Below are positions 22,647-32,431 of a stretch of 64,000 nt of DNA, in pieces. This DNA comes from Bacteroidota bacterium (GTDB taxonomy: Bacteria; Bacteroidota; Ignavibacteria; Kapaibacteriales; Kapaibacteriaceae). The translations under genes and the position numbers were made by a program. Numbering within the stretch: the stretch's first letter is position 1; each line of letters starts with the position of its first letter. The stretch spans positions 172,439 through 236,438 of the forward strand of contig JAFDZT010000002.1 of NCBI GenBank assembly GCA_018266735.1, written 5' to 3'. The notes under the pieces are model-generated. The model had not been told where the DNA came from. It made no database searches and saw nothing but the letters and a program-made list of their open reading frames with translations.

Positions 22647-23054
22647 CTAGCTGACGATCTTCTTTGTGAAGGCGGACACGCCGCGAACGGCGCCTGCAAC
22701 AAGACTCGTGATGTCCTCCAGTGGTCCGCGCATCTTGCCGATTACCATCGACTCGAGGTCCTTCACGTCCTTTGCGATCGATGCGAACGTCTCGATACCA
22801 CCGCTGAGCTGATCGAGCTTCTTGTCGGCATTCTCTACAATGCGTTGCACATCGCTCAACACGATGGCCGTGCGTTCGAGAACGGGTTCCAGTTGCTGTT
22901 GCAATTGGGCCACGTCCGTTTGCATGGACTCGACGCTCACGACCACACGCTCAACGTGGGATCGCGTTCGCAACAAGACCACCGTTGCCGCAATGCACAG
23001 GATCGTCACAGCGCCAAGCGCGATACATCCAAAGATGAGCAGTACGGGATCCAT
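22647..23054 (-). CDS. DUF948-like membrane-anchored coiled-coil protein of 135 aa.
   Basis: Single N-terminal transmembrane helix followed by heptad-rich sequence. Typical partner of YtxH-like proteins. Confidence 0.55.
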   Translation of the reverse strand: MDPVLLIFGCIALGAVTILCIAATVVLLRTRSHVERVVVSVESMQTDVAQLQQQLEPVLERTAIVLSDVQRIVENADKKLDQLSGGIETFASIAKDVKDLESMVIGKMRGPLEDITSLVAGAVRGVSAFTKKIVS

Positions 23055-23056
23055 AC

Positions 23057-23473
23057 TTATGACAACTCCGAACGGAAGGCATCTGCTCCGGCCTTTGCTG
23101 CATCCGATACCTTTTGTGCGCCGTGTTGAACACTGTCCTTCACACTTTGTGCACGCGACTTCGCATCGCGCAGCACCTGCTCGGCGTTCGACATCAGATG
23201 GTCTGCCTGCACACGGGCCGTGTTCACGATACGTTCGGCACGCATGCGACCTTCATTCATGAAATCCTCCGTGGCTTCTTCCACGGCGTTCTCACCTTTT
23301 TGAAAGTAGCCCTGTGCCTTGTTGTAGAGGTCTTCGCCCTTGGTGGCGATGTCGTCGCGTAGTTCGCGTCCGCTCTTCGGTGCCAAGAGCAATGCTGTGA
23401 CGGCACCAACGGCTCCGCCCACAACTGCACCGAGAAGAAAGCCCTTGAAATAGGAGCTGTTGTTCGATTCCAT
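23057..23473 (-). CDS. YtxH-like general-stress-type protein (N-terminal GxxxG-rich helix FLLGAVVGGAVGAVTALLLAPKSG, then a coiled coil). Start MESNNSSYFKG.
   Basis: YtxH signature LGA..G...G....APKSG followed by an Ala/Lys/Glu-rich helical region. Confidence 0.6.
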   Translation of the reverse strand: MESNNSSYFKGFLLGAVVGGAVGAVTALLLAPKSGRELRDDIATKGEDLYNKAQGYFQKGENAVEEATEDFMNEGRMRAERIVNTARVQADHLMSNAEQVLRDAKSRAQSVKDSVQHGAQKVSDAAKAGADAFRSELS

Positions 23474-23493
23474 CGTAGACTCCGGAGACTGTG

Positions 23494-24018
23494 TTACCAT
23501 TGTTCTTCGAGCGTGATCGGTTTGTTCTGTGCGAGAAGGATGGCCTCGGCGAATTCACGGACCGCGCCATTCCCGCCACTTGACGTGCAGATGATGTTCG
23601 CAGTGTTTCGGATGGCCTCGACGGCGTCGGACGGACAAGCAGAGACACCACAGATCTTCATCACATGCAGGTCGTTCACGTCATCACCAATATACGCAAT
23701 GTGCTGGAGCGGTATTGCGAGGTCCGTGGCCAGTAAACGCAATGCCGTGGACTTGTCGTGGACGCCCATGCGAACGTGTTCGATCTTCAACTTCTGAGCC
23801 CGAGCTCGAACGATCGACGTGTCCTCGCTCGTGATGATGGCCGTCAGGATCCCGGCCTTGTGCAGGAGCGTGATCCCCATACCGTCTCTGGTCATGAAGC
23901 GCTTCATCACCTCGCCATCGGGGCCGTAGTACATGGCACCGTCGGTCAATGTCCCGTCTACATCCATCACGAGGAGCCGGATCTCCTTCAAGCCTTCCAT
24001 ACCTTGCTCCCTCATCAT
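23494..24018 (-). CDS. kdsC: 3-deoxy-D-manno-octulosonate 8-phosphate phosphatase (KdsC, HAD superfamily), 174 aa.
   Basis: HAD motif I LLVMDVDGTLTDG, motif with GDDVND, and KdsC-type length. The track ORF 23494..24462 carries a spurious N-terminal extension. Confidence 0.75.
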   Translation of the reverse strand: MMREQGMEGLKEIRLLVMDVDGTLTDGAMYYGPDGEVMKRFMTRDGMGITLLHKAGILTAIITSEDTSIVRARAQKLKIEHVRMGVHDKSTALRLLATDLAIPLQHIAYIGDDVNDLHVMKICGVSACPSDAVEAIRNTANIICTSSGGNGAVREFAEAILLAQNKPITLEEQW

Positions 24019-24081
24019 GCTTCCGTAGTTTTGGTGTCTGCACGAAGTTACATCGTCTCTCACGTACTCCCGCATTCTCTC

Positions 24082-24927
24082 ATGCCAACACGATACATCA
24101 TGGTGTCGCTCGCCGTCCCCGAAGAGCATTTCGATCTCACCATGGGCGTGCTCTCCACGTATCCCATTGTCGGTGTCGAGGAGTCGATGGACCAGCTCAC
24201 CGTCACCTTCGACCAGAATGACTGGGTGGACCATTATCGCGAGAGCATCGTGGCCGAATGTGCCGACGTGGGCGTGTCCGCCAGCGTGCAGGCCGTGAAG
24301 ATCGAAGAGGACAAGAACTGGAACGAAGAGTGGGAACGCGGCATTGAGCCTGTTGTGGTGAACGAACGTATCGTGATCGTTCCCGAATGGCGAGCCGAGG
24401 AATTCGATGCGCCGCTCACACTCGTGATCACGCCGAAGATGTCGTTCGGGACCGGACATCATGCGACCACACGGATGATGTGTCAGTTGCTTGAGCGCTA
24501 TGTACGTCCGGGCGAGGCGTGGATGGACGTGGGCACAGGCACGGGCGTGCTGGCCATCTTAGCACGAAAGCTCGGTGCATCCTCGGTCTATGCCTTCGAC
24601 AACAACGAATGGTCGGTCTTAAACGCCCGCGAGAACATCGACCGCAACAACGTTGCCGATGGCGTGGTGCTGGAGCAGATCGATCTGCATCAGAAGGAAC
24701 TTCCGCAGGTGGACGGGATCGCAGCCAATCTCTACCGTCACCTCGTCATCCCCTATTCCGGTGCCTTCGTCAAGGCGACCACGCCGGGTGGCGTGATCAT
24801 CATCAGTGGGATCCTCAAGTACGATGCCGACGACATCGTGGGTGCCTTCACCGAGCACGGCTGCACGGAGATCGAACGTCTCAACGAGACGGAATGGTGC
24901 GCGATCGCCTTTCGAACGCCGGTATGA
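24082..24927 (+). CDS. prmA: Ribosomal protein L11 methyltransferase (PrmA). The start is MPTRYIM at 24082 or MVSLAVPEE at 24100.
   Basis: N-terminal EVPEE... pattern, SAM-binding motif DVGTGTGVLAILARKLGA, and PrmA length. Confidence 0.8.
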   Translation: MPTRYIMVSLAVPEEHFDLTMGVLSTYPIVGVEESMDQLTVTFDQNDWVDHYRESIVAECADVGVSASVQAVKIEEDKNWNEEWERGIEPVVVNERIVIVPEWRAEEFDAPLTLVITPKMSFGTGHHATTRMMCQLLERYVRPGEAWMDVGTGTGVLAILARKLGASSVYAFDNNEWSVLNARENIDRNNVADGVVLEQIDLHQKELPQVDGIAANLYRHLVIPYSGAFVKATTPGGVIIISGILKYDADDIVGAFTEHGCTEIERLNETEWCAIAFRTPV

Positions 24928-25121
24928 CAGACCCTGCACCAAAGCGCAACCACCGACCGGTGCTCACCCTGCTGACGATCCTGTTCTGCGCAGCCTTCTT
25001 CATTGCCATCATGCGTGGCGGTATGTGCGAGCGGTACGATCGGAAGATGGACCGGATGAATGCCATGCGCCAGTACATCGATTCCATGCGAACCGAGGAA
25101 CAGCTCAAGAAGCTCAAGTAA
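24924..25121 (+). CDS. Candidate small membrane protein of 65 aa (MTDPAPKRNHRPVLTLLTILFCAAFFIAIMRGG..., one transmembrane helix plus a basic amphipathic tail), translationally coupled to prmA (ATGA).
   Basis: An in-frame ATG overlaps the prmA stop. Hydrophobic helix. This is the terminal part of track ORF 24519..25121. Confidence 0.4.
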   Translation: MTDPAPKRNHRPVLTLLTILFCAAFFIAIMRGGMCERYDRKMDRMNAMRQYIDSMRTEEQLKKLK

Positions 25122-25134
25122 GGAGAATGGCAGT

Positions 25135-25539
25135 TCAGTTGTTCCAGAACTGCTGACCGAAGTAGAACAGATCCCGTCCGTTCCGTCCGCGATGCAGGTA
25201 GCTCACCTCGTGCTGAGCCCGCTTCTCGAGAAACTCGCGTGCATCGTCCTCGTGCACTTCTGCATAGCGGGCAACATCGCTCACGCGCACCTTCCCCCCT
25301 TGCACGTCGATCAAATGCGACGTCACCATTTCCAATCTACGGCGTTCGCGTCGTTCCTCCGACATGCTCGAAAGAAGGAGCCAGACCCCGCAGGCAAGGT
25401 GAAGGGAGGCAAGGGCAAAGCAGATCACGATCTCGGACGACGTGGACGTTGCTCGCATCCAACCGATCACACCGAACGTCAGGTAGACCAGACTGAAGAT
25501 CGCCACCATGGCGCCAAGAAAGTATTTGATCCGATACAT
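25135..25539 (-). CDS. Hypothetical two-TM membrane protein of 134 aa with a C-terminal soluble domain.
   Basis: Two clear hydrophobic helices followed by a charged domain. It overlaps only the non-coding N-terminal extension of the mfd track ORF. Confidence 0.45.
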   Translation of the reverse strand: MYRIKYFLGAMVAIFSLVYLTFGVIGWMRATSTSSEIVICFALASLHLACGVWLLLSSMSEERRERRRLEMVTSHLIDVQGGKVRVSDVARYAEVHEDDAREFLEKRAQHEVSYLHRGRNGRDLFYFGQQFWNN

Positions 25540-25614
25540 CGCTACAAACCTACGGGAAATTCAAACGTCGTATTTTGCGTGTCCGTGCACGCAGTACGTC
25601 CAGACTATCTCAAG

Positions 25615-28600
25615 GTGCTCGAACCGCTTCAACGATCCGCCGACGTCCTTCGAACGGCGGATCTGCTCACGCGCGCCCAGTCGCCGGTACGTGTAAAGAC
25701 ACTTGTCGGCTCATCTCGTTCCATCTTCACGGGAACGATCTGGCAAATGGGCGCCGTGCCCTTCGTGGTGATCGTGGCCGACGATGCGGCATGTGATCTG
25801 TGGACGCATGACCTGCGCGCCCTCGTGGGCGAAGATCGTATCAGTGTGTTGCGCATGCCTCCCAAGCAAAGCGTCCTCTCGGCCGGCGGCATCGTCCACC
25901 ATGGTCATGTTGACGCCCTCGCACGATTGAACGAAGCCAGCGATCGCATCCTGATCGCCACGGCACAGACGCTGACACTTTCATTGCCCTCGAAAATGTC
26001 GTTGCATGATGCGACCATCGTGCTTCGCAAAGGAGATGAGCGTCCGTTCGAGGAGTTCGTGACGTCGCTCTTGTTGAATGGCTTCGAGCGGACCGACTAC
26101 GTGTCACGTCCGGGCGATCTTGCTGTGCGCGGTGGCATCATCGACGTCTTCCCCAACGGGTGGGACAATCCCATCCGCATCGAGTTCTGGGGCAACACCA
26201 TCGAATCGCTTCGCGAGTTCGAGCCCATGTCGCAACGCTCGATGCGCGAACATCCCGAGCTCACGTTCCTTGCGCGCGTCTATCATAACGATGATGATTC
26301 CGTGACGTCGTCGATCATGGAACACCTGCCAACCGACGCCGTCCTCGTCTTCGATGAACCCGATGCCGTCCTTGCCGCCCTTCATGCCATCACGGAAGAG
26401 GACGATCCTGCGTCTCGGTTCACAGCTTGGAAGCAATTGCATGTGAATGCGTTGGGCGATGAGGATGTGTCCGTGCTGACAGCACCACAACCAACGTTCT
26501 CCGCCTCGATCGAAGCCGCGATCCGATTCTGTTCGCAGCAATATGAGAAGGGCATGACGGTGGCCCTTGGTGCCGACGGTGCCACGCATACCAAGCGTAT
26601 TCGCGACCTCTTCGAGAACATGGCCGAGCAAACGGAAGAGGAGGACGAAGCACGAGCGCTCTCGTATCATCGCGCTGTCGACAGAATGTGGTGGATCAGT
26701 CATTCACTCAGCGAGGGATTCCTCTGGGCATCGGAACGCCTGGTGGTGTTGGCCGAGCATCAGATCTTCAACCGTCAACGCGCACAAGCACGTCAACGTC
26801 GGTCCGAGCGTGGCATCACGATCCGAGAACTGCAACAACTGCATCGTGGTGACCATGTGGTGCACGCCGATAAAGGCGTTGGACAATTCGATGGTCTGCA
26901 CACCATCTCCATCGGCGGTTCGCAACAAGAATGCGTCAAGCTTCTGTTTGCCGGCGGCGATGCCTTGTACGTGCACATGAACTATGTGCATAAGCTGAGC
27001 AAGTTCGCGGCCGAAGAAGGTTCAGAGCCAAAGTTGAGCAAGCTCGGCTCCGCCGAATGGGAACGCAAGAAGGCAAAGGCCAAGAAGCATCTCAAGGACA
27101 TTGCACGCGACCTTATCAAGCTCTACGCGAAGCGTAAATCACAACCCGGTTTTGCCTTCCCTGCCGACACGGTGTGGCAGAAAGAGTTCGAGGCTTCCTT
27201 CCAGTACGAGGACACGCCCGATCAGGCGCGGTCGACGGCCGAAGTGAAGACCGACATGGAACAGGCGACGCCCATGGATCGACTGGTCTGCGGTGATGTG
27301 GGCTTTGGGAAAACGGAGATCGCCGTACGAGCGGCGTTCAAGGCCGCCCAAGCCGGGAAGCAAGTTGCCGTGCTCGTGCCGACCACGATCCTTGCACAAC
27401 AGCACTTCGTGACCTTCCATGATCGACTGCAGCGCTATCCCGTTCGCATCGAGGTGCTGTCGCGATTCCGCTCCAAGGCCGAACAAAAGGTGATCATCGA
27501 GAAACTTGCCACGGGCGACGTCGACATTGTGATCGGCACGCACAGGCTGCTCAGCAAGGACGTGCAGTTCAAGCAACTCGGACTCCTTGTGATCGACGAA
27601 GAACAACGTTTCGGTGTGGCGGCAAAGGAGAAGCTCCGCGCCATCCGAGCAAGTATCGACACGCTCACGCTCACGGCAACGCCGATCCCGCGAACGCTCA
27701 ACTTCTCGCTCATGGGCGCTCGAGATTTGAGTGTGATCGAGACGCCACCACGCAACCGACTGCCCATTCGTACCGAGATCCTGCAGTGGGACGACGATGT
27801 GCTGCGAGAGGCGCTCATGCTCGAACTGGAACGCGGCGGCCAGGCCTTTGTCGTGACCGATCGCATTGGAGACATGGAGAAGCTCTTGATGCGCATCAAG
27901 ATGCTCGTGCCATCGCTTCGTATTGCCATCGCCCACGGACAGATGGAGACCGAACAGCTCGAGAACGTGATGGAGGGATTCCTCGAGCGCACGTTCGATG
28001 TGCTGATCGCCACGAAGATCATCGAGTCGGGCCTCGACATCCCGAACGCCAACACGATGATCGTCATCAATGCCGACAACTTCGGTCTGGCCGAGCTCTA
28101 TCAGCTGCGAGGTCGCGTCGGTCGCTCCAACATTCAAGCCTACTGCTATCTCGTCATCCCGCCACCACACACGCTCACACGTGTTGCCCTCCGTCGCCTG
28201 CAGGCCCTCGAAGAGTTCACCGACCTCGGAAGTGGCTTCCAGCTTGCCATGCGCGATCTCGAGATCCGCGGCGCTGGGAACCTTTTGGGTGGCGAGCAGA
28301 GCGGCTTCATCGTGGAGATGGGATTCGAATTGTATCAGAAGATCCTCGAAGAGGCTGTCACAGAACTCCGTCATGAAGAGTTCGCACAACTCTTCGCCGG
28401 GACCAAGCATGCCCGTCCGTCGTTCATCAACGAAGATCTCGCCATCGAACTCGACAGCGACGCACTGCTTCCAAAGTCCTACATCCCCACCGATACGGAT
28501 CGGTATGAGTTCTATCGCAAGCTCTACAATGCACACACGGAAGACGAGATCACAGCGGTGTTCGCAGAGATGCGCGATCGCTTTGGCGAGCTCCCTCCGG

Positions 28601-28914
28601 AGGCCGACGCACTCTTGTATGCTGTACGTCTGCGGATCGCGGCCCTTCCCTTGGGTCTCGTGCGCGTGAATCTCAAGGACACGAAGCTGCTCATGGAATT
28701 CCCGTCCGAGACGGACAAGGTCTACTACGAACAAGCCTTCCCGGCCCTTCTGCCCGTGATCACTTCGATGAAGAACGCTCGCTTCATTCAAAAGGAGAAA
28801 CGCCTCTTCGTCGAAGTACAGCTGGCTCGTGCATCGGAGGCACTGACCGTCTTGCAAGAGTTCGTGCGTGTGCTGAACGACCATACGATCGCCGCAGAGG
28901 AGAGTGCATCATGA
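25615..28914 (+). CDS. mfd: Transcription-repair coupling factor (Mfd), about 1099 aa. Probable GTG start (VLEPLQRSADVLRTADLL...).
   Basis: UvrB-homology N-terminus (LVGSSRSIFTGTIW, FPNGWDNPIRIEFWGNTIESLREFEP). Superfamily-2 helicase motifs GDVGFGKTEIAVRAAF, DEEQRFGV, TATPIPRT. TRG motif region and C-terminal domain. There is no in-frame ATG after the convergent gene at 25539. Confidence 0.9.
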   Translation: MLEPLQRSADVLRTADLLTRAQSPVRVKTLVGSSRSIFTGTIWQMGAVPFVVIVADDAACDLWTHDLRALVGEDRISVLRMPPKQSVLSAGGIVHHGHVDALARLNEASDRILIATAQTLTLSLPSKMSLHDATIVLRKGDERPFEEFVTSLLLNGFERTDYVSRPGDLAVRGGIIDVFPNGWDNPIRIEFWGNTIESLREFEPMSQRSMREHPELTFLARVYHNDDDSVTSSIMEHLPTDAVLVFDEPDAVLAALHAITEEDDPASRFTAWKQLHVNALGDEDVSVLTAPQPTFSASIEAAIRFCSQQYEKGMTVALGADGATHTKRIRDLFENMAEQTEEEDEARALSYHRAVDRMWWISHSLSEGFLWASERLVVLAEHQIFNRQRAQARQRRSERGITIRELQQLHRGDHVVHADKGVGQFDGLHTISIGGSQQECVKLLFAGGDALYVHMNYVHKLSKFAAEEGSEPKLSKLGSAEWERKKAKAKKHLKDIARDLIKLYAKRKSQPGFAFPADTVWQKEFEASFQYEDTPDQARSTAEVKTDMEQATPMDRLVCGDVGFGKTEIAVRAAFKAAQAGKQVAVLVPTTILAQQHFVTFHDRLQRYPVRIEVLSRFRSKAEQKVIIEKLATGDVDIVIGTHRLLSKDVQFKQLGLLVIDEEQRFGVAAKEKLRAIRASIDTLTLTATPIPRTLNFSLMGARDLSVIETPPRNRLPIRTEILQWDDDVLREALMLELERGGQAFVVTDRIGDMEKLLMRIKMLVPSLRIAIAHGQMETEQLENVMEGFLERTFDVLIATKIIESGLDIPNANTMIVINADNFGLAELYQLRGRVGRSNIQAYCYLVIPPPHTLTRVALRRLQALEEFTDLGSGFQLAMRDLEIRGAGNLLGGEQSGFIVEMGFELYQKILEEAVTELRHEEFAQLFAGTKHARPSFINEDLAIELDSDALLPKSYIPTDTDRYEFYRKLYNAHTEDEITAVFAEMRDRFGELPPEADALLYAVRLRIAALPLGLVRVNLKDTKLLMEFPSETDKVYYEQAFPALLPVITSMKNARFIQKEKRLFVEVQLARASEALTVLQEFVRVLNDHTIAAEESAS

Positions 28915-29561
28915 GTCTCATTCTCGCCATCGAGACCACGGGCTCCACATGCGGTGTGGCCATCTCCAATGGAACGACGCTACTTGGTGAGTTCTCGTTG
29001 TTCGCACCGCACTTGCACGATGCCATGCTTGCATCGAATGTACAGCATCTGCTCGATGCCGTGGATTCCACACTGGACGATGTCTCCGTATGCGCCCTCT
29101 CTTCCGGACCCGGCTCCTTCACCGGTCTTCGCATCGGCATGGCCTTCGCAAAGGGACTGTGTTTTGATGGACGGATACGGTTCGTTGCCGTGCCAACGCT
29201 CGAGGCCTGTGCGAGCGCAGCCCAAGAGGTGGCCAAGGCGGCAGGGAGCAAGGAGATCCTGTCCGTAGTGGCCTCGCATCGTGATCTCCACTACGTGCAG
29301 TGCTTCGACCTGGATGTGCGACCATTGCACGACGTCGAGCTTGTCACCACAGACATCGTTGCCGCACGCATTTCGGAACGCACCATGCTCAGCGGTCCCG
29401 GTGCTCCTGCCTTTTCCCCTGCCGCCATCTCCGGCCTTACACGACTCAGTCCGCGCTTCGTGATGCGTGCCGCCATGGTACGCATCAATGCGGGGAGATT
29501 CGACGACGTGCTCACGGCCATTCCCGACTACGAACAAGAATTCATTCCACGCGGATATTGA
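28911..29561 (+). CDS. tsaB: tRNA threonylcarbamoyladenosine biosynthesis protein TsaB (YeaZ).
   Basis: MSLILAIETTGSTCGVAI..., the Kae1/YgjD-like inactive paralogue pattern, and about 215 aa. ATGA overlap with the mfd stop. Confidence 0.85.
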   Translation: MSLILAIETTGSTCGVAISNGTTLLGEFSLFAPHLHDAMLASNVQHLLDAVDSTLDDVSVCALSSGPGSFTGLRIGMAFAKGLCFDGRIRFVAVPTLEACASAAQEVAKAAGSKEILSVVASHRDLHYVQCFDLDVRPLHDVELVTTDIVAARISERTMLSGPGAPAFSPAAISGLTRLSPRFVMRAAMVRINAGRFDDVLTAIPDYEQEFIPRGY

Positions 29562-29582
29562 CCACTACACCACCGAACAACA

Positions 29583-30875
29583 ATGATCGAACGATACACG
29601 CGACCCGAAATGGGAGCCATCTGGAGCGACGAGAACCGATTTGGTATTTGGCTGGAGATCGAGATCCTCGCCTGTGAAGCACAGGCGAACCTTGGTGTCA
29701 TCCCCGTCGAAGCTGTGCGCGAGATCCGCGAGAAGGCACGCTTCGATGTGAAACGCATTCTCGAGATCGAGGAAGTGACGAAGCACGATGTGATCGCTTT
29801 CACGACGAATGTTGCCGAATACGTCGGGCCCGCATCACGCTTCATCCATATGGGCATGACGTCGAGCGACGTGCTCGACACCTGCTTAGCCGTCCAACTC
29901 AAGCAGGCGGGCGAGCTGCTCATGAAGAATCTCATTGCCCTGCGCGACGTCCTCGCAAAAAGAGCTCAAGAGTTCAAGTACACCATTTGCATCGGTCGTA
30001 CGCATGGCATTCATGCAGAGCCTGTGACGTTCGGACTGAAGCTTGCGCTGTGGTATGAAGAGTGCAAGCGGAACATCGATCGACTGCAACATGCCATCGA
30101 CGGGATCGCCTTCGGCATGATCTCTGGTGCTGTGGGAACGTTCGAACATCTTTCTCCCGATGTGGAAGAGTATGTGTGCGAGAAGCTCGGTCTGAAGCCT
30201 GCACCGGTGAGCACACAAGTGATGCAGCGCGATCGACATGCGGAGTATCTGACCACGTTGGCCGTCATTGGCTCGTCACTCGAGAAGATCGCCATCGAGA
30301 TCCGTCACCTGCAGCGGACAGAAGTTCGCGAAGCGGAAGAGTACTTCTCGCCCGGACAGAAGGGATCCTCTGCGATGCCGCACAAACGCAATCCTATTAT
30401 CAGCGAGCGCCTTTGCGGTCTTGCGCGCTTGTTGCGCGGTAATGCCATGACGGCCATTGAGAACAATGCCCTGTGGCATGAGCGCGATATCTCGCATTCC
30501 AGTGTTGAGCGTGTGATCTGTCCGGACTCCACCATCACCTTGCATTACATGCTCTACTTGGCCGTTGGTATGATGGAGAAGCTCCTCGTCTATCCAGAGA
30601 ACATGAAGAAGAACTTCGAGATCACGCATGGTCTGCCATTCTCGCAAACGGTGATGCTCGAACTCGTACGTAAGGGAATGACGCGCGAAGATGCCTATGC
30701 ACTCGTGCAACGGAATGCCATGAAGACGTGGGAGACGAAGACACCGCTCCGCACGATGCTTGCGACCGATGCCGACGTGACCGCACGACTTTCGGACGAT
30801 GAACTTGATGCCTTGTTCGATGGAAGTAGAATGGGCAAGAATGTCGACGTCATTTTCAAACGCTGCGGACTATGA
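29583..30875 (+). CDS. purB: Adenylosuccinate lyase.
   Basis: [20 protein letters not shown]..., the fumarate-lyase signature [11 protein letters not shown], and 430 aa. Confidence 0.95.
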   Translation: MIERYTRPEMGAIWSDENRFGIWLEIEILACEAQANLGVIPVEAVREIREKARFDVKRILEIEEVTKHDVIAFTTNVAEYVGPASRFIHMGMTSSDVLDTCLAVQLKQAGELLMKNLIALRDVLAKRAQEFKYTICIGRTHGIHAEPVTFGLKLALWYEECKRNIDRLQHAIDGIAFGMISGAVGTFEHLSPDVEEYVCEKLGLKPAPVSTQVMQRDRHAEYLTTLAVIGSSLEKIAIEIRHLQRTEVREAEEYFSPGQKGSSAMPHKRNPIISERLCGLARLLRGNAMTAIENNALWHERDISHSSVERVICPDSTITLHYMLYLAVGMMEKLLVYPENMKKNFEITHGLPFSQTVMLELVRKGMTREDAYALVQRNAMKTWETKTPLRTMLATDADVTARLSDDELDALFDGSRMGKNVDVIFKRCGL

Positions 30876-32431
30876 ACACCAGAACAACGCTTCTCGGTCT
30901 CGTGATCATCGCCGCACTGTTCTCCTATGCGGCAACCACGCAAGGCCTACCATCACGGAGCGACAATGTGCAACGTGGTGGTTTGGACAGCGCGGAGTTA
31001 TCGCCAAAGCAACTGGCGACGCAGTACTGTCAGACGTGTCATGTTCTTCCCGATCCATCGGTTCTCGACAAGTCCACCTGGATCCAGAACGTCTTCCCTA
31101 CGATGCGCACGGCAATGGGGTTGGACACGCTCACCGCCGAGGCCCTTGCAGCGCTCGATCCAAGTGTGCGACACATCTACAACCGTCCACCTCTCATGTC
31201 GGAGGATACGTGGTTCAAGATCGCCAACTACTACATCGAGAACGCACCTGCCACACTCCCGAATGCTCCTCGCCCTCCCATCGGTCCTGAAACGCCACAA
31301 TTCGAGGCAAAGCCGGCACCCTGGCGAGCTCTGACCCCCCTCTTCACACACGTACGACTCGACCCGGCCCTTCAAGCGATCATCCTTGGTGATGCGAGTC
31401 AGAACCGCCTTGTGGTATGCGATGCGAACGGTGAACGAAAGGCGCTGCTGCCGATGCAAGGACCACCTTCCAGTGTGGTGATCGACGGTGGACAATGGTA
31501 TGCCACCGACATGGCCAATCTCCTTCCGCATGATTCGGCGGCCGGAGGGTTGTATCGATTTACGTGGAACAAGGACTCGACAGCGAAGACGGAGCGACTG
31601 CTTGACTCCTTGCGCCGTCCCGTGCATTTGAACCAGTACGACCTGAACGGAGATGGAAAGAAGGATCTTCTCATCAGCGAATACGGGAATCTTCTTGGTC
31701 GGCTCGGTTACTATGAACTCCTTCCAAAAGGAAAGCACAAGTACACGCTCTTGCTCGAGCAGCCCGGTACGATCCGTACGGTGGTCGCAGACCTGAATAA
31801 GGACGGTCGACCGGACGTGATCGCCCTCACGGCGCAGGCGCGTGAGGGACTCGTTGGCTTCATCAACAAGGGAAAGGGCCGGTTCGAGAAACGTGAGTTG
31901 ATCACGGTGCATCCGGCGTTCGGTTCATCGTTCTTCAACATTCTCGACTATAACAACGACGGACATATGGACATCGTTCTCACGAACGGTGACAATGGCG
32001 ATTACTCAAGCCCACCCTACAAGCCCTATCACGGCGTGCACATCTTCCTTGGTGATGGCAACATGCACTTCCAGGAATCGGTGTTCCTGCCGGTGAACGG
32101 ATGCTATGGTGCTGTGGTGAACGACTTCGATCTCGATGGTGATCTTGACGTTGTGTCGTTGGCCTACTTTGCCAACTTCTCGTTAACACCGGAAGAAGCA
32201 TTGATGTATTGGGAGCATCGTGCAGACGGAACCTTCATGCCCAGTAGAATGGCGAAGTTCAATGCCGGACGGTGGCTCGTCTTCGATGCAGCGGACTTCG
32301 ATCACGATGGCGACATGGATGTGATCGTGGCCAACACGGCCTACGGTCCGGGCAATGTACCGGGCGCCATGCAAGACGCCTGGGTGATCGCCGGTGTGCC
32401 CTTCGTCTACTATCGTAACACGGCACGATGA
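30872..32431 (+). CDS. Secreted FG-GAP/VCBS-repeat beta-propeller protein of 519 aa with an N-terminal c-type-cytochrome-like CxxCH motif (CQTCH).
   Basis: Signal peptide [30 protein letters not shown] at about residue 52 with downstream Met candidates (PTMRTAM). Repeated D-x-N/D-x-D-G-x-x-D calcium-binding FG-GAP loops ([45 protein letters not shown]). ATGA overlap with purB. Confidence 0.65.
   Translation: MNTRTTLLGLVIIAALFSYAATTQGLPSRSDNVQRGGLDSAELSPKQLATQYCQTCHVLPDPSVLDKSTWIQNVFPTMRTAMGLDTLTAEALAALDPSVRHIYNRPPLMSEDTWFKIANYYIENAPATLPNAPRPPIGPETPQFEAKPAPWRALTPLFTHVRLDPALQAIILGDASQNRLVVCDANGERKALLPMQGPPSSVVIDGGQWYATDMANLLPHDSAAGGLYRFTWNKDSTAKTERLLDSLRRPVHLNQYDLNGDGKKDLLISEYGNLLGRLGYYELLPKGKHKYTLLLEQPGTIRTVVADLNKDGRPDVIALTAQAREGLVGFINKGKGRFEKRELITVHPAFGSSFFNILDYNNDGHMDIVLTNGDNGDYSSPPYKPYHGVHIFLGDGNMHFQESVFLPVNGCYGAVVNDFDLDGDLDVVSLAYFANFSLTPEEALMYWEHRADGTFMPSRMAKFNAGRWLVFDAADFDHDGDMDVIVANTAYGPGNVPGAMQDAWVIAGVPFVYYRNTAR

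Noticed and set aside
23494-24462. 322-aa track ORF containing kdsC.
   Set aside because: The N-terminal about 150 aa are His/Gly-rich junk antisense to the prmA start region. KdsC begins at MMREQGMEGLK (24018).
25060-25614. N-terminal 185 aa of the 1284-aa mfd track ORF.
   Set aside because: No Mfd homology. It overlaps a convincing convergent two-TM gene. Mfd N-terminal alignment supports a GTG start near 25615.
27139-28884. 581-aa minus-strand ORF, and several others at 27435-28079 and 26104-26703, inside mfd.
   Set aside because: Antisense to a well-supported Mfd coding region. Long stop-free antisense frames are expected by chance at this GC content, and the product is low-complexity with no motifs.
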